A stretch of 64,000 nucleotides of DNA from the NCBI RefSeq assembly GCF_006345805.1, contig NC_043006.1, forward strand, positions 71,052,001 through 71,116,000, read 5' to 3'. Positions within the stretch are counted from its first letter, which is position 1; the number at the start of each line of letters is the position of its first letter. Positions 1-13,000 of this stretch are shown here, one piece after another. This DNA is from Octopus sinensis (Eukaryota). The notes beneath the pieces were generated by a model. That model was not told where the DNA came from, made no database searches, and worked only from the letters and a program-made list of their open reading frames with translations. Position numbers and translations under genes: made by a program.

Positions 1-1260
1 CGTTGGTCTGTTTCTGTAGGGTCCGTTGAAGTTTGTGGTATGCGACTAATTGAGGCACTTGGTGTTGCTTTGATATTATTTTTTATTCTCCTTTTTTTTG
101 TTTGTTTTCCTTTTGTAAAATATATTCCTTTCCCCTATATATATAAGGGATATAGAGATACTGATTATGAACAGCAACAATAATGATAGGATAATTTCAA
201 TCCAAGTTTTTTTTTTAACTCACTATATCAGACATGTGAATCTCTACCGTATGTGTATTAAGAATGCATAATATGTCGCTGAGGTATTTCTCCAAGGTTC
301 TATAATCTCGGTATTTTGTGACGACATTAAAAACCATAAACACATTCTTAAAATCATGCTTTCGAGGAAGATCGTACTGGTGGGTTAACAGACCACAACC
401 CTTTAAATGCGCAATAACGACTTACGTATTACGCAATCGAACAGTAAAAGGATATTGCGTGCTTTGCTGCGTGATTGCTATCACATGACTAGCACGGACC
501 ATTTAAACGAGTCCCTGAGACCAAAGACGCCGAAAATGACAGACAAGAAAATATTAATAAATAAAATCGAAGTTTAACACAGGTATTTTCTTTGTCCCCG
601 AAACAGAATTATTTTTCACTTTTCCATATGATGATTGTTTAATTAATATTTTTTTTTCGTCATCTCAACGTCTTTTTGTTGAGTATTGGAATTTCTACCC
701 ACTCGCTGTTACAAGAATCATTAAGTGCGGCTTAGTCGATCTCTTCATACAGACACAGATATATTCACCGGCAGCCGTCTGTGTCAGTAGCAGGAACTTT
801 CAAGACGGACACAGACACGCAGTTATATATATATCTACCTACATATATTTATAAAGAAAGAACTGTAGGTACTTATACTTATTAGGTACTTATACGCTGC
901 ATACCTCAAGTACTCACTATTTTCTGATATTTTTTTTTCAGTCGTCTTAAGAAAAAAATTAAAAAGCCGGTAAGTTTGACGTTTCATATTACTTTGATTC
1001 TCGAATTCACGTTTGTGTTCCACTCCTTAAAATATTCATTTTATTTTGTGTTTCCTGGATTTGAGATTTATACCGGCATGATGCCGGCTGGGTTACTGTT
1101 TTACGTAATGGTGTTGAAGTGGCGGGAGAGTTATTGAATGAACGACGGAGGGAGTGTGAAAGGGAGAAAGTTAGTGAAAGAGAGGTGGAAGAAGATGAAA
1201 GGAAGAAAGTCAATGAGGAATAGGATGAGAGGAACAGGGAAAGTAAGCGAAAATGCCAGT

Positions 1261-1302
<42 letters not shown>

Positions 1303-2352
1303 GAGCGAGCTATTGTGACAAAGAGAGAGAGAAAGCGAAGAGGTAGACGAAGAAAGTGAGTTTGAAGTGAAGGGAAGTTGAAGTCAATGACACTAGTGAA
1401 AGAGAGATAAATATACAGAGGTGGACGGGGCTGATGAGATTTTGTAATAGAAGTAGGGGAGGAAGAAGAATATTCGAGAAACTGAAGAGAAAGACGTTTG
1501 AGAGAATGGATATGGTTGGTATTGGAAATATAAGAATCTAGAGATTAAGGAAGAAAAAGAGCCGAAGGCCGCCATATAATGTCTGGTTCCCTGACTATTC
1601 AACTAGTTTTTTTCTCTCTCTTGGTATTTCTTACTAAAATAGCACCCGGCCTCTGGTTTATTAAACCAGCATGGAAAGGAAGAGATTAGTTCGTAACGTT
1701 CACTTGGTGCTATGGAGAAAAGCGAGTATTAAGTGTAAATTGTGTTTGAGAGTAGATTTTGGAACCGGACAGACTTACCCACCTGTGGTTTTAGTTTTGG
1801 GGGAAATCTAACTATTGGCACCTGCCTGGGGCAGCCCCGCGGATTAATACGATCATTCAGGCAGGAAAAGAAAGAACATTATCTTTTTTACCTTCGACAC
1901 TAACATCACAGTCATAGCAGCTTGGAGAGAACCGACGGTTCGTTTTCCCGTGATGTGGGTATAGTGAATTCAAAGACCCAATCTTAGACAATGCCACGAT
2001 ACTTAGAAATATCAAGTTCGATCTATGCCATTGTATGACTGATACTTGTATCACTCCCTTGAAGAATGACAAGTTTACCGTGGTAGGTTTTGAAATAAGT
2101 CTTTAGAGATAAAACTAAAATACCAGTGGCCAATAAAAACTCCGCCAAAACGGACAGCCATTTCGTTTTAATGGAAAATTTTGTGTCCGGTTAATTATTT
2201 AATTAATACCTTCCTCAGCAACTGCTGATTTAGGTTGTTAGTCTGTAATTTTCTAAAATTTTCTTTTTGTAACGAAGTTAGGATCTACCTTGGGATAGTC
2301 ACAACGTGTTGTATTCTTATACCTGTATAGTTAAGTAACAAATTGTAAAACG

Positions 2353-2361
2353 AAATGGCGG
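2353..2361 (+). promoter_or_regulatory. YY1-like motif in the probable ABCF2 promoter/5' region
   Basis: AAATGGCGG in a CpG-retaining region. The acceptor at 9927 requires an upstream non-coding exon; GTAAGT donors occur at 2561 and 3106. Confidence 0.35.
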
Positions 2362-5300
2362 TTACTTTTACGTCTCTCGTAGACGGTGGACACATTTCCC
2401 ACACGAATCATTTCTCTAGAATCCTGCCCACACCTTAGTCATTGTGCGAAAGAAAGAATATGAAAAAAAGGTTAGAGGAAATAACAAAAAAATTAGATTC
2501 CGAGAAATCATTGATGACAAAAGAAAAAAAAAAGTTAGGTTATTGTATGGAGGGAGATCAGTAAGTTTTTGCAGGCCCTAGCTCCCTTAAATGCCAGAAA
2601 TCCACAATATGTGTTAAATAAAAGAAAACTTAAACGTATCACTGCATATTGAATCGGACAAAGTAACAAGTAATATTCACCATTGTAAAAAGGAAAAGTT
2701 ACATATTACAATATTTCTAACACTGGCTAAACCTTCCAGCCATTCCGATCAGATATTTCAACCAGTTGTGATGGGGGAAAGTGATGTATAATCCGAGATC
2801 AATCCTGATCGACCACATCAAAGGTGTTCCGGTTTTGACCATCCCTTTGTGTACGTCAGGGATTACATTATGCAACGGCTTTTCTTTTTTCTTTTTCTTT
2901 TTTTTAAGATAGTGAGTTGGTTGCTATTTCTAGCAGGTCGATCGACCCCTTCGGGGCTTCAGCTGGTGACAGCGATGATGCTAATGATAAGAAGCCTATT
3001 GTCACCCCCTTTACTTTCTCTTTCTCTCCGGCAACCGGTGGTGGCAAGCACTTTACCCCCCTCGCTTCCTTTCTTTTTCTCTCTCTCCCGCGATTTGTGG
3101 TGATGGTAAGTTTGCTCTCCCACTCCCTCTCTAATATCTACCGCCATTTCTGTTGCTCCACGTGACAACTATGTGCTTGACTAACGGAGAATAAATCTAT
3201 CAATACCGCTATCATGAGGCCTACTGAAAACAACAGCCAACTCTTCCTCGGATTAAACTATGGTTATCTTTTTAAATAGAAGGAAACACTGCAGAGTGTT
3301 GGCCATAGATGTACAATATTTGAATAAAAGAAGGCAAGATGGTTACATCTGGAACGTCTTTCTTTATAGGTTTACTTCATCAGGTTTTGACGACGGGCTA
3401 AGCAACACTATATGTCTATTATATACTAGATGCTAATTACATAGTATATTACGAGATAGATGAGCCGTCGAAAGAGACTCTTGCGTGGCCTGTCGTGTAT
3501 AAATAACATCGCTTCAATATAATGTCCCCTTAGATTTAGTCGTAGATACAATAGATATAGACTCATTCTGGCATACGGCCAGTTGATCTCCAGGCCAACC
3601 TTGATCGAGCAGACCTCTGATCAAAGATGATTTAGCCGTGACCATCTCGACTGCTTTTTTTACCTAGCTGCTGATAATTCTGGACCGAAGTAGTCAACGT
3701 GTCCTTTTCTAAGACTATGGTGTAATTTACAGATTTGGCTTTATTTCTCGCCGGCCGAGTGACCCTTGTGGGGCGTTGAGATATGGCTAGACTATTGATT
3801 CAGTACAATATATGTGAGATACACATCTTTTTTTGACCCTGCTGACTAATTGGCGTCGGGATGTGGGAAGACATGATTTCCGTTTACCGCATATGATACT
3901 GAAATTATATCGAAATATCAGAATGCGTTCTATGTATTCACCTCCCTAAGTACACACATTTATCTTTTGTCGTTTATATACCAACATGCGATTATTCATC
4001 TGACTGTACTTTATACTCGCCGTTCTCTATCCTTTAATTTACCACCTATTAAAGGTTGATTAAAATAATAAATAGAACTTCTTTACTCCAATGTGCAGCA
4101 GGATAGCGTGTATGTATGTAGAACACACACACATGCATATTTTTGCGGGTTTAGCAATACAAACAGGAAAATAGAACTCAAAAGATGACTATATATTTTT
4201 ATTTAATGGACTAAAGTTACAAAGTGATACTTTATTTGTGGATTAAAAAGGCAACTAATGGTTTCATGTAGTAATGATCTCCACAGTTGTTCAAATTCAC
4301 TACGTTGAAATCTTGGTACTTGTGTACTTGTCTTTATCTTGGAGACTAGTACTGAAATTTCAATATGGTAAGCTTGAACAATTGTGGATAACCATTGCTG
4401 CTATGTTTATACAAATAAAGTATATTTACTCACAAATTCAGCGTTAAGTACTCATTTTCACTGTTTGATATTAGTGTGTATGTATGTATATATATATATA
4501 TATATATATATTTATTTATATAGTTAATACAAATAAACAAATAATAAAATTAACTGTCAAGAGGACATGCACAAGGAATGTATTAGCTTGAAGCTCAGAA
4601 AAAAAGCTTGATGTTTCGAGCATAGCTCTTCATTGGAAAAGAAAAAGGGAAAAGTCCAAAGAAGGAAAAGAAATCGCCAACAGAATATGTGTAGTTTAAT
4701 TGCTGAAGATCATTTATATATATATATGAATAAATGGTGAAGGAGTGGCTGTGTGGTAAGTAGCTTGCTTATCAACCACATGGTTCTGGGTTCAATACCA
4801 CTGTATGGCTGTCTTCTACTATAGCCTCAGGCTGACCGAAGCCTTGTGAGTGGATTTGGAAGATGGAAACTGAAAGAAGTCCGTTGTATGTGTGTGTATA
4901 TATATATACATATACACACCACACACACGGGTGTGTGTCTGTGTTTGTCCCCCCAACATTGCTTGACAACCAATGCTGGTGTGTTTACTTCCCTGTCATT
5001 TAGCAGTTCGGTAAGAGAAACCGATAGAATAAATACTAGGCTTACAAAGAATAAGTCCTGGGGTTGATTTGCTCGACTAAAGGTGGTGCTCCAGCATGGC
5101 CGCAGTCAAATGACTGAAACAAATAAAAGTATATATATGTATAGCAGGCATCCATTGGTCTCAAGAGACCATGGATCTGTGCCTGAAGAAATTTTGTTAG
5201 CTGCTGATGATAGTACAACATCTGTCTGTGGTTGTAGAGACCCACATGAGAATGGCAGTCATGCATACAGCAACAGCATTTGAGGGAGCTCTCTACTGGC

Positions 5301-5697
5301 ACTACTGGTTTTTCCTTTTGTTGAGTGCATTATTTATATAGTTCGAATTTACAGAAAACAAAAGACGAAAGCAAGTGTAGGAACAAGTAGGTGTATTAGT
5401 TTAATGGTCAGGAAGAATGGAAAAGTCTTTGACATTTCATTTGATTGAAAGGATTAAAAGGAGAAAAAAATATGTAAGGGTTATTGGTTCAGCATGATGA
5501 AATATATATATATATATATATATATATAGGTGCAGTTGTGGCTATGTGGTATATATATATATGAGTCTGGGTTCAGTCCCACTGCGTGACATCTTGGGCA
5601 AATGTCTTCTACTATAGCTTTGGGTCAATCAAATTTTGGTAGATATAAACTGAAAGAAGCCTGTTGTGTGTGTGTGTATATATGTGTATATATATTA

Positions 5698-5735
<38 letters not shown>

Positions 5736-5739
5736 CGTG

Positions 5740-5775
<36 letters not shown>

Positions 5776-6072
5776 CATCTTTGTGTCTATCCTATCACTG
5801 ACAACTGGTGCTGATGTGTTATGTTCCTGTAACTTAGTGGTTTAGTAAGAGACCGATACAATAAATCCTAGGCTTAAAAAATAAGTCCTGGGGTCGATTG
5901 TTTGATTAAAACTCTCCAAGGCAGTGCTCCAGCATGGCTCCAGTTAAATGACAATCAAAATATATTCACGCATACATTTCTTTTGTTTTAGTTGTAGGAT
6001 TGTGGCCATATCTTGGGGCTGCCGTGAAATGTTTACTTTTTTTTAGGCCAGGTGTTTGTTCTATCAGTCTCT

Positions 6073-6380
6073 GGTACTTTTTGGTTATCTCACTCCTATT
6101 AAAAAATTGGGTTATCTCCTCCAACTAAAAAAATTGTTTAACCCTCAATAAAACAAAAAAAAAAATTAATATGAAAAGTGAAAAGATTGTCTTATTGAAT
6201 CTAATAACATTTTTATAACAAATCATACCATACCTACTGAGGAGGCCAAACGTCAACAATATGTTGAAGTACTGAATCAAAAGGATCTCTAACTCTTAAT
6301 CCATTCTCTTGACGCCACAGAGACTCAATTTTTTTTAGTGGGGAGATAACTCAATTTTTTAAGGGGTTTGAGTACCCAGT
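6073..6380. mobile_element. MITE with long imperfect TIRs; a second copy in opposite orientation lies at about 40797-41210
   Basis: Ends AAAAAATTGGGTTATCTCC.. / ..GGAGATAACTCAATTTTTT. The 40.8-kb copy has an internal tandem duplication of about 70 bp. Confidence 0.6.
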
Positions 6381-6703
6381 CTCTTTTACAAAACTGCTAA
6401 TTTATGGGGGATGTAAACAAACCAATATAAGTTGTCCAGCAGTGCTGGGTGACAAACGCGTGTGTGTGTGTGTATGTATGTATACACACACATACATACA
6501 TGATGGTCTTATTTCAGTTTCTATCTCACAAATCTGCACAGGTCTTTTGTGTGTGTGCATATAACTAAGCGTATAAATATATATATAATTTTTACAGTAG
6601 AATGTGAAAGAGATAAAGCAATAAATAGCATGTAAATATTTGGTTAAAGCCTTTGGATAGGAAAAGTTGAAAGGTGCCATAAACATACATATATACACGT
6701 GTG

Positions 6704-6734
<31 letters not shown>

Positions 6735-7765
6735 GTTGTCTGGTTGAGATGCTTGATTTGCAACTTTGCTTGAAGCAAGGCTGTTTGTCAGCCTGTATAG
6801 GTCCTAAGTTTATATATATTTTTTTTCCTATAAATATTTTTTTTCCCCTCTATGTAAGCCAGTCATATTTGGTTATTTAACTTTGTACTTGGTTGTAATT
6901 CACATATCCTCTCTTTTTTTTTCTTCCAGTTGAGGTTCCTTTAATATTGTATAGTACAGTAAGTCGGGAAGTAATGACTGCCAAAAAGAGCTGTCGGTCC
7001 ATAATGACCACAAAATGGGAAGTTGACACAATCTATATAAAGGGGTGTGGGTAGAGGTGTCAGCAGCAGAAGTGACAGTAGTAGTAGTAGTTTAGTAGTA
7101 AAAAATAGTACAACCAATAAATTCTGCTATTTTTCACAGTAATTAAGTAAATGGAAAGCTAAAGAACAGCATTGGTAAAGGATGTTACATCATCATTTAA
7201 CGTCCGTTTTCCATGCTGGCATGGGTTGGATAGTTTGACTGAGGACTGGCAAACCAGGTGGCTGCACCAGGTTCCAATCTGATCTGGTGATGCTTCTACA
7301 GCTAGATGCCCTTCCTAACGCCTACCACTCCAAGAGTGTAGTGGGTGGTTTTTACGTGTCACCAGCACAGGAGCCATCAGGTGGCCCTGGCATTGTTCAG
7401 GTTTGGATAGTTCTTTTTATGTGCTACCGGCACAGTCAGATGGCACTGGCATTGACTCATCATGCTAGTGGCATGGACCTGAATAATAATTATAATACAG
7501 AAAAAATGTGAAGGAGGGAAGAAGAATGATGAAAAAGAAGGGGTAAGAAGGATGGAAGGATGATGGATAAAATAAGAAAAAATGGTTAAAAATGAGAATT
7601 TGAAATAAGCTTAAACAGAAAGCTGGGTGGGGCATAGAGTATCTTTTGTGAATGATGTGCAGGTTTTATCCCATTTGGACTTGTACTTGAGGCTAAATTT
7701 ATACTTTTGTATGCAGACAGAATCAGTGAGCAGATACCCACGTCTGTCTGTGGAACTATTATGAC

Positions 7766-7801
<36 letters not shown>

Positions 7802-9941
7802 GGTCCAAGAGTGAAGGTATTGCTATTACATTTATTCCTGCATTACAGTATAAAATGTAATATATGTAATACCAATACCTCCATTCTTGGACTTTCTATA
7901 TAAGTAATAAATTCTCATGACAGTTTATATGCCATGGCTTCCTCTAAGGAAACCTCTCCTTTTCTTTTTAATTACTCTGTTAACCAGTATATGTAGGAGT
8001 ATTAACTGAGGATACAGCTAAGATTTCTAAATTTTAGTGTAAAACTCATTTTTACCACTTCTTTTGCATTTCCAGTGGAAACTCCTTTCTTATTACACAA
8101 GTGCCTCCCGCCAAATCCTTTGTTGGTGAATTCATCTAATGTGTACTCTTATTAATTTGTTCACCAGGGTATGACTAAATGACTGTGGGTATTTTATTAT
8201 GTAATCAATATTATATTATTGATATGACATTGTTCATATGTTGTTGAAACAGCTGTAAACCATGAAATAAATGTGATACCAACAACTCCATTCTCTACTT
8301 GTTTTATATATATATATACACACACACGCACACATACACATGTATATATACAAATGTCATGTGATAGATCAGACTACTGGATGTTGTTATACATCGTGGG
8401 TCCCAATTCGTTTTGCATTGTTTCAGCTTTTGAATGATGTTACCTTCCTGGCTAGGTGAGCAGGCCAGCATTTCCCCTGATCAAAAAGCCAGTCTGTTCC
8501 AGGGTACCCCTTTACAATTCAGTGGACTGGAGCAACATGAAACAGTGTTTTGCTCAAGAACACATGTAGCTTGGTCCAGGAATTGGAAATCATGATGAAA
8601 CAATTTTAAGTGCAACATCCTAACCATTAGACCATGTGCCTTCACATAGATGTATGTATATATACATAATTGTGGCTGTGTGGTTACGAAGCTTGCTTTA
8701 CAACCATGTGGTCTTGGGTTCAGTCTCGCTGTGCAGTGTAGTGTATGCTATGTTGGCTGATGTGCATTAAGCTTGGCCAAGTTAGAATTAAACAAAGCTG
8801 TACAAAGCAGTGTCAAATAAAATATCGTCATATAAGGTCATATTTAATGTGTTCAAGTATATTTGGACATTAAAAGTCCCACTGTGGAGATGGTCTCGGA
8901 GGAGAAAATGTTTTCCTTTTAGACATGTGAAACGATAGACTGGGCTGTGAATATCTTCACTGGATGCAAGCATTTGTGTGTTCTTTTGCATTGGTAGCAG
9001 TGAATACCAAATCTCTCTCTGTCTCTCACAGCCTGATAAGAATGGTGCATTTGGGTTTCTGGAACTTTGTAGATTGGTGATTAGAGGTGGGATAGAAACA
9101 AGTGAATTTTTTTTTTGTCAGGAAGAAAAGGGCAGCAGCTTTCACTCTTTAATTTTTCAGAATATCTCAAACTGGTAGGATGAAAGGAGGAAGTTATCTT
9201 TCAAATGAGGTGTCACCCAAATGCTTGCAGCAGAGCAAATTTCACTGAAGGTATCCAAGGGACAGTGTATTGGCCCATGAATGCCTTTAGCTGATTGATA
9301 ACTGTTGTCGATCACTCAAGAACTAAGAACACATTCAACTGCAATCAATACAAGACCTTTTGTCTGATGCTCTAACACTTCTGCTATCCACTGCTCTGGA
9401 TGGCTATTTTATGGTGTTGTCCCCCCACTCTCCACCTTGTCCCATGTAGGGTAAAAGTTAATTGTGACTTTTGCAGGATTTGAACTTGTAGAGCTGGAAC
9501 AAATACTGCAAACCAATTTGTTGTCCTATATTTTAATGTGTGCCAATTCACTGTATCAAAGAAACATTTGAACATATGTAGCCTAACCTCAGGTGAGGCT
9601 TGGTCAAGCACACATTTCAGCGTTGACCATCACATCTAGGGACAGTATCTCCGATCAAATTAGTGTCTTTTTTTTTTTTACTAGACAGTAGGGTCTAATT
9701 ACAAGTTGCTGTTACTTGCAGGTTGAGTAACTACAGAGGCTTCTTTGTTTATCTCTATTAATGGTTGGTGGTGTTGATGGAAGATGGTAAATCTTAGTGG
9801 TTAGATGGTTCAGGAGACAGTTTTTGGAGTAAAATAGTTAACTGGTTGACACTTTTTTTTTTTATACTTTTATTCTTTTAGTTATTGTAATTATTTATGA
9901 ATCATTTTTTTTTTCTTTTTTGAACAGGAATAAATTTTGTG

Positions 9942-10056
9942 ATGCCTTCAGATGCCAAAAAGAGACGAGATGCACAAAAGAAGGCAGCGGCCAATAAGTC
10001 TAGCAATAAAAAGAAGACTCAGAATGGTCCATCGAAAGAGACTGTCAACAAAGCTG
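9942..10056 (+). CDS. ABCF2: ABCF2 coding exon 1 ([19 protein letters not shown]...)
   Basis: Pyrimidine tract and CAG acceptor end at 9927, ATG at 9942, donor GTAAG at 10057. Confidence 0.9.
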
Positions 10057-13000
10057 GTAAGAACGGCTTGTATTGGTTCAAGTGTGAAAATAGAAATTGT
10101 TTGTTCTTACTGTGTAGCAGACGTTTAGGAGTGGTGTTAATTAGGAATTGGCAAAACTGGAGGGTGTATATGGTGTGGGGACACAGGTTGTAAAGGTAGG
10201 CTGTATGTTCAGAAATATAATTAAAAGAGGCAATGAAGACATAAAAATTAGTTTTGTAATCTAGGCAGACTTTCTGATACCAGAGATTCCTGAGAATAAT
10301 GTTGAGTGTAGTGTTTTGGAGTGTCTTGTGGTAAACTTCTTCATAGAACTAAGAACTGGTTTTGGTGTTTTGCAGATATTTTTTCTGACATACAAGCTGC
10401 AGTATATAGTGTAAACCTTCAAACATTGACACTATCTTTTCAAATCCTGCTTGTAAGTTTTGGTCTGGAAAATTTAACTTGTCTACCATAAATATGGTAG
10501 ATTCTGATGGTTATCTTCTGCTGTTGTATGATACTTTTTCACTCATTACTGAGCTAGACAGGTGATGATGAAATCTGAAGGGAAAAAATGGGTGTTTGAT
10601 GAGGAACGGACTAAAACTTGATATCCAGGAAATCTGTTTTGCGAAATTCTTATTTAGACGAAATGGAAATCTTGTTTTGACAAAAGTTTCTTGCTAAAAA
10701 CTGGTTGAGTTACTAATCTGTTTTAATTAGATCATAGCAAGTATTGAGTACTCTTTTCACTTGGAACTCCTTTTCTCTGTCATCGTTTCTCAACCTTTTT
10801 TACTCTTGTAACCCTTAAAATAAATTACATCTTGAACCCCTGCCCCCAAAAATTATATACCATATCTTTCTCAAATTTTTTTTCATCTTAGTTCACATGA
10901 TAAATATATATGGTTGGTATATTTTTTCAATAACATGATAGGTTAGATAGGATGATGTCTATATTACAATAATCAATAATATGTTGTGCATGTATAGTGA
11001 TATTATGATCATAAAATTAACATTAGCTTATCTCACTCTTTCTCATGTAACCCTAGTGTTCCAGGGAACCCCGGTTGAGGAACACTGCTCTATGTATTTG
11101 GTTTGGACCTCTCCCTACTGGTTTAATTAGAATGAATCATTTTCTATTTAATAAATTGCTTACACAATAACCCAGTTGGTGTCATCAGACAATTAAGATA
11201 AATCCTTGATTCACATCTATTGTATAATTAATGTAGAACTGAGATGATGAAACAAATCTAATAATCAGAATGGGGGTATTTTAATATGAAACTGAATAGC
11301 ATACATTTTGTTATATTACAAGTCCAATGGTATGATGCTGTCTATAGCTTTAAAGATGTTGTTGACCAAAAATAGACTTAAGAACTTTTCCTGTATCAGC
11401 TCTTGCTTCTAGAAAGTTTTGCTCTTGCAAAACCTTTTTTGCCAGATACTTCCACCCGCCCATAGATAAGTGCAGGGTAACTATGCATTTTCTCTATAGC
11501 AAGACACCTCTGCTTGTCCTTGGTATAAAATCCATCTCTCTACCCTCTCAAACACTTCCTCATTTAGTCTCAAGGGCTTTTCTCTTTTCTCCCTATTCTT
11601 GTTCTTTCCTGTCTTGCAAGTTACTTGGCAACCCCACTGGTGCTGGTGACATGAAAAAAAAAACACCTAGTACATATTATAAAGTGGTTGGCATTTGGAA
11701 GGGCATTCAGCCATAGAAACCATGCCAACGCTTATATTGGAGGTCTACGCATCCTTGGTTTTACTGGATCCTGCCAAACCATCCAACCCATGCCAACATG
11801 GGAAACGGACATTAAATGATCTGATAAGGTGAGTAGGTGGACAAGTTGTTTATCCCCAGCAGACTTCTGATCAAATGTCTTCCAGCTGTAATCCTCCAGC
11901 ATATTTTCTAGTCATAGTGTATCTAGGACTACATCATCTACTGTCAGTTTTCTTTAAAAACGCGTATCGGTGTGTTTTGAGTGCTATTCCTCGTAAGTCA
12001 GGAGACTGCAGAGCGGGTTCTTTTAACCCATATATATATGCCCATAAAAAATTTCATTCTATTTAGATTAAACATTATGGTAAGCTTTCACAATCTGGAA
12101 GACAAGGACAGTATGCAACTGTTAGCTATGGATATCGACTACCAACTGAACATTTCGTATGCTCAGTCAGATGCCTCCTAGCGAGTTCATATCCAGATAA
12201 GTCGGAGCAGGTTTTGCATTGCGTAAACGTAACCAGGGGCATATACGGTTTAACTTGACAAATTCCTTTCTTTTTTCCTCTTTGGAGGTCATCATCGTTA
12301 TTTAGTTACGTCCCCCTGGATTTATACAGTTACTTCCCATTTCTTAATTCTGGTTATAACTAGTTGTCTGACATGGTTACAGTTGTAACCAAGCAGGTTC
12401 CTTAAGTATTTAAACTATCCCTCTCATGTTCTGTTGGTTAACCATTGATCTAATCAACTTATCAGAGAAATCCCAAACACATTTAGATCTACATTATCTT
12501 GTAAATCCATTTTTTTTTAAAGATAGTAGGGAGTGATTTGAAGTGTCTTGGTTGCTGTTTCTTGCACATTGAGTGGTCAAACATACCTCCATTGATTCAC
12601 GTAAAAATGGAGGTGTATATATATATATATATATATATGAAGCCAAAAACCACTATATATATATATATATATATATCATCATCATTTAGCGTCCGTTTTC
12701 CATGCTAGCATGGGTTGGACGGTTTAACTGGGGTCTGTGAAGCCGGAAGGCTTCATCAGGCCCAGTCAGATTTGGCAGTGTTTCTACGGCTGGATGCCCT
12801 TCCTAACGCCAACCACTCTGAGTGTATATATATATATATATATATACATACACATACATATACACACACACACACATTACATATATATGACATCACTTCC
12901 TTATTCATCTATCACCCCTTCCTTTCTCATTCATAAACACAGGAGTATTATTATAGTAGATTATCTTGATAATCATGAGAGCTATGAAAAAAATACAAGG

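Noticed and set aside
1393-1602. Minus-strand ORF containing MAAFGSFSSLISRFL (transit-peptide-like)
   Set aside because: It has low-complexity CT-rich composition, no donor site and no recognisable homology.
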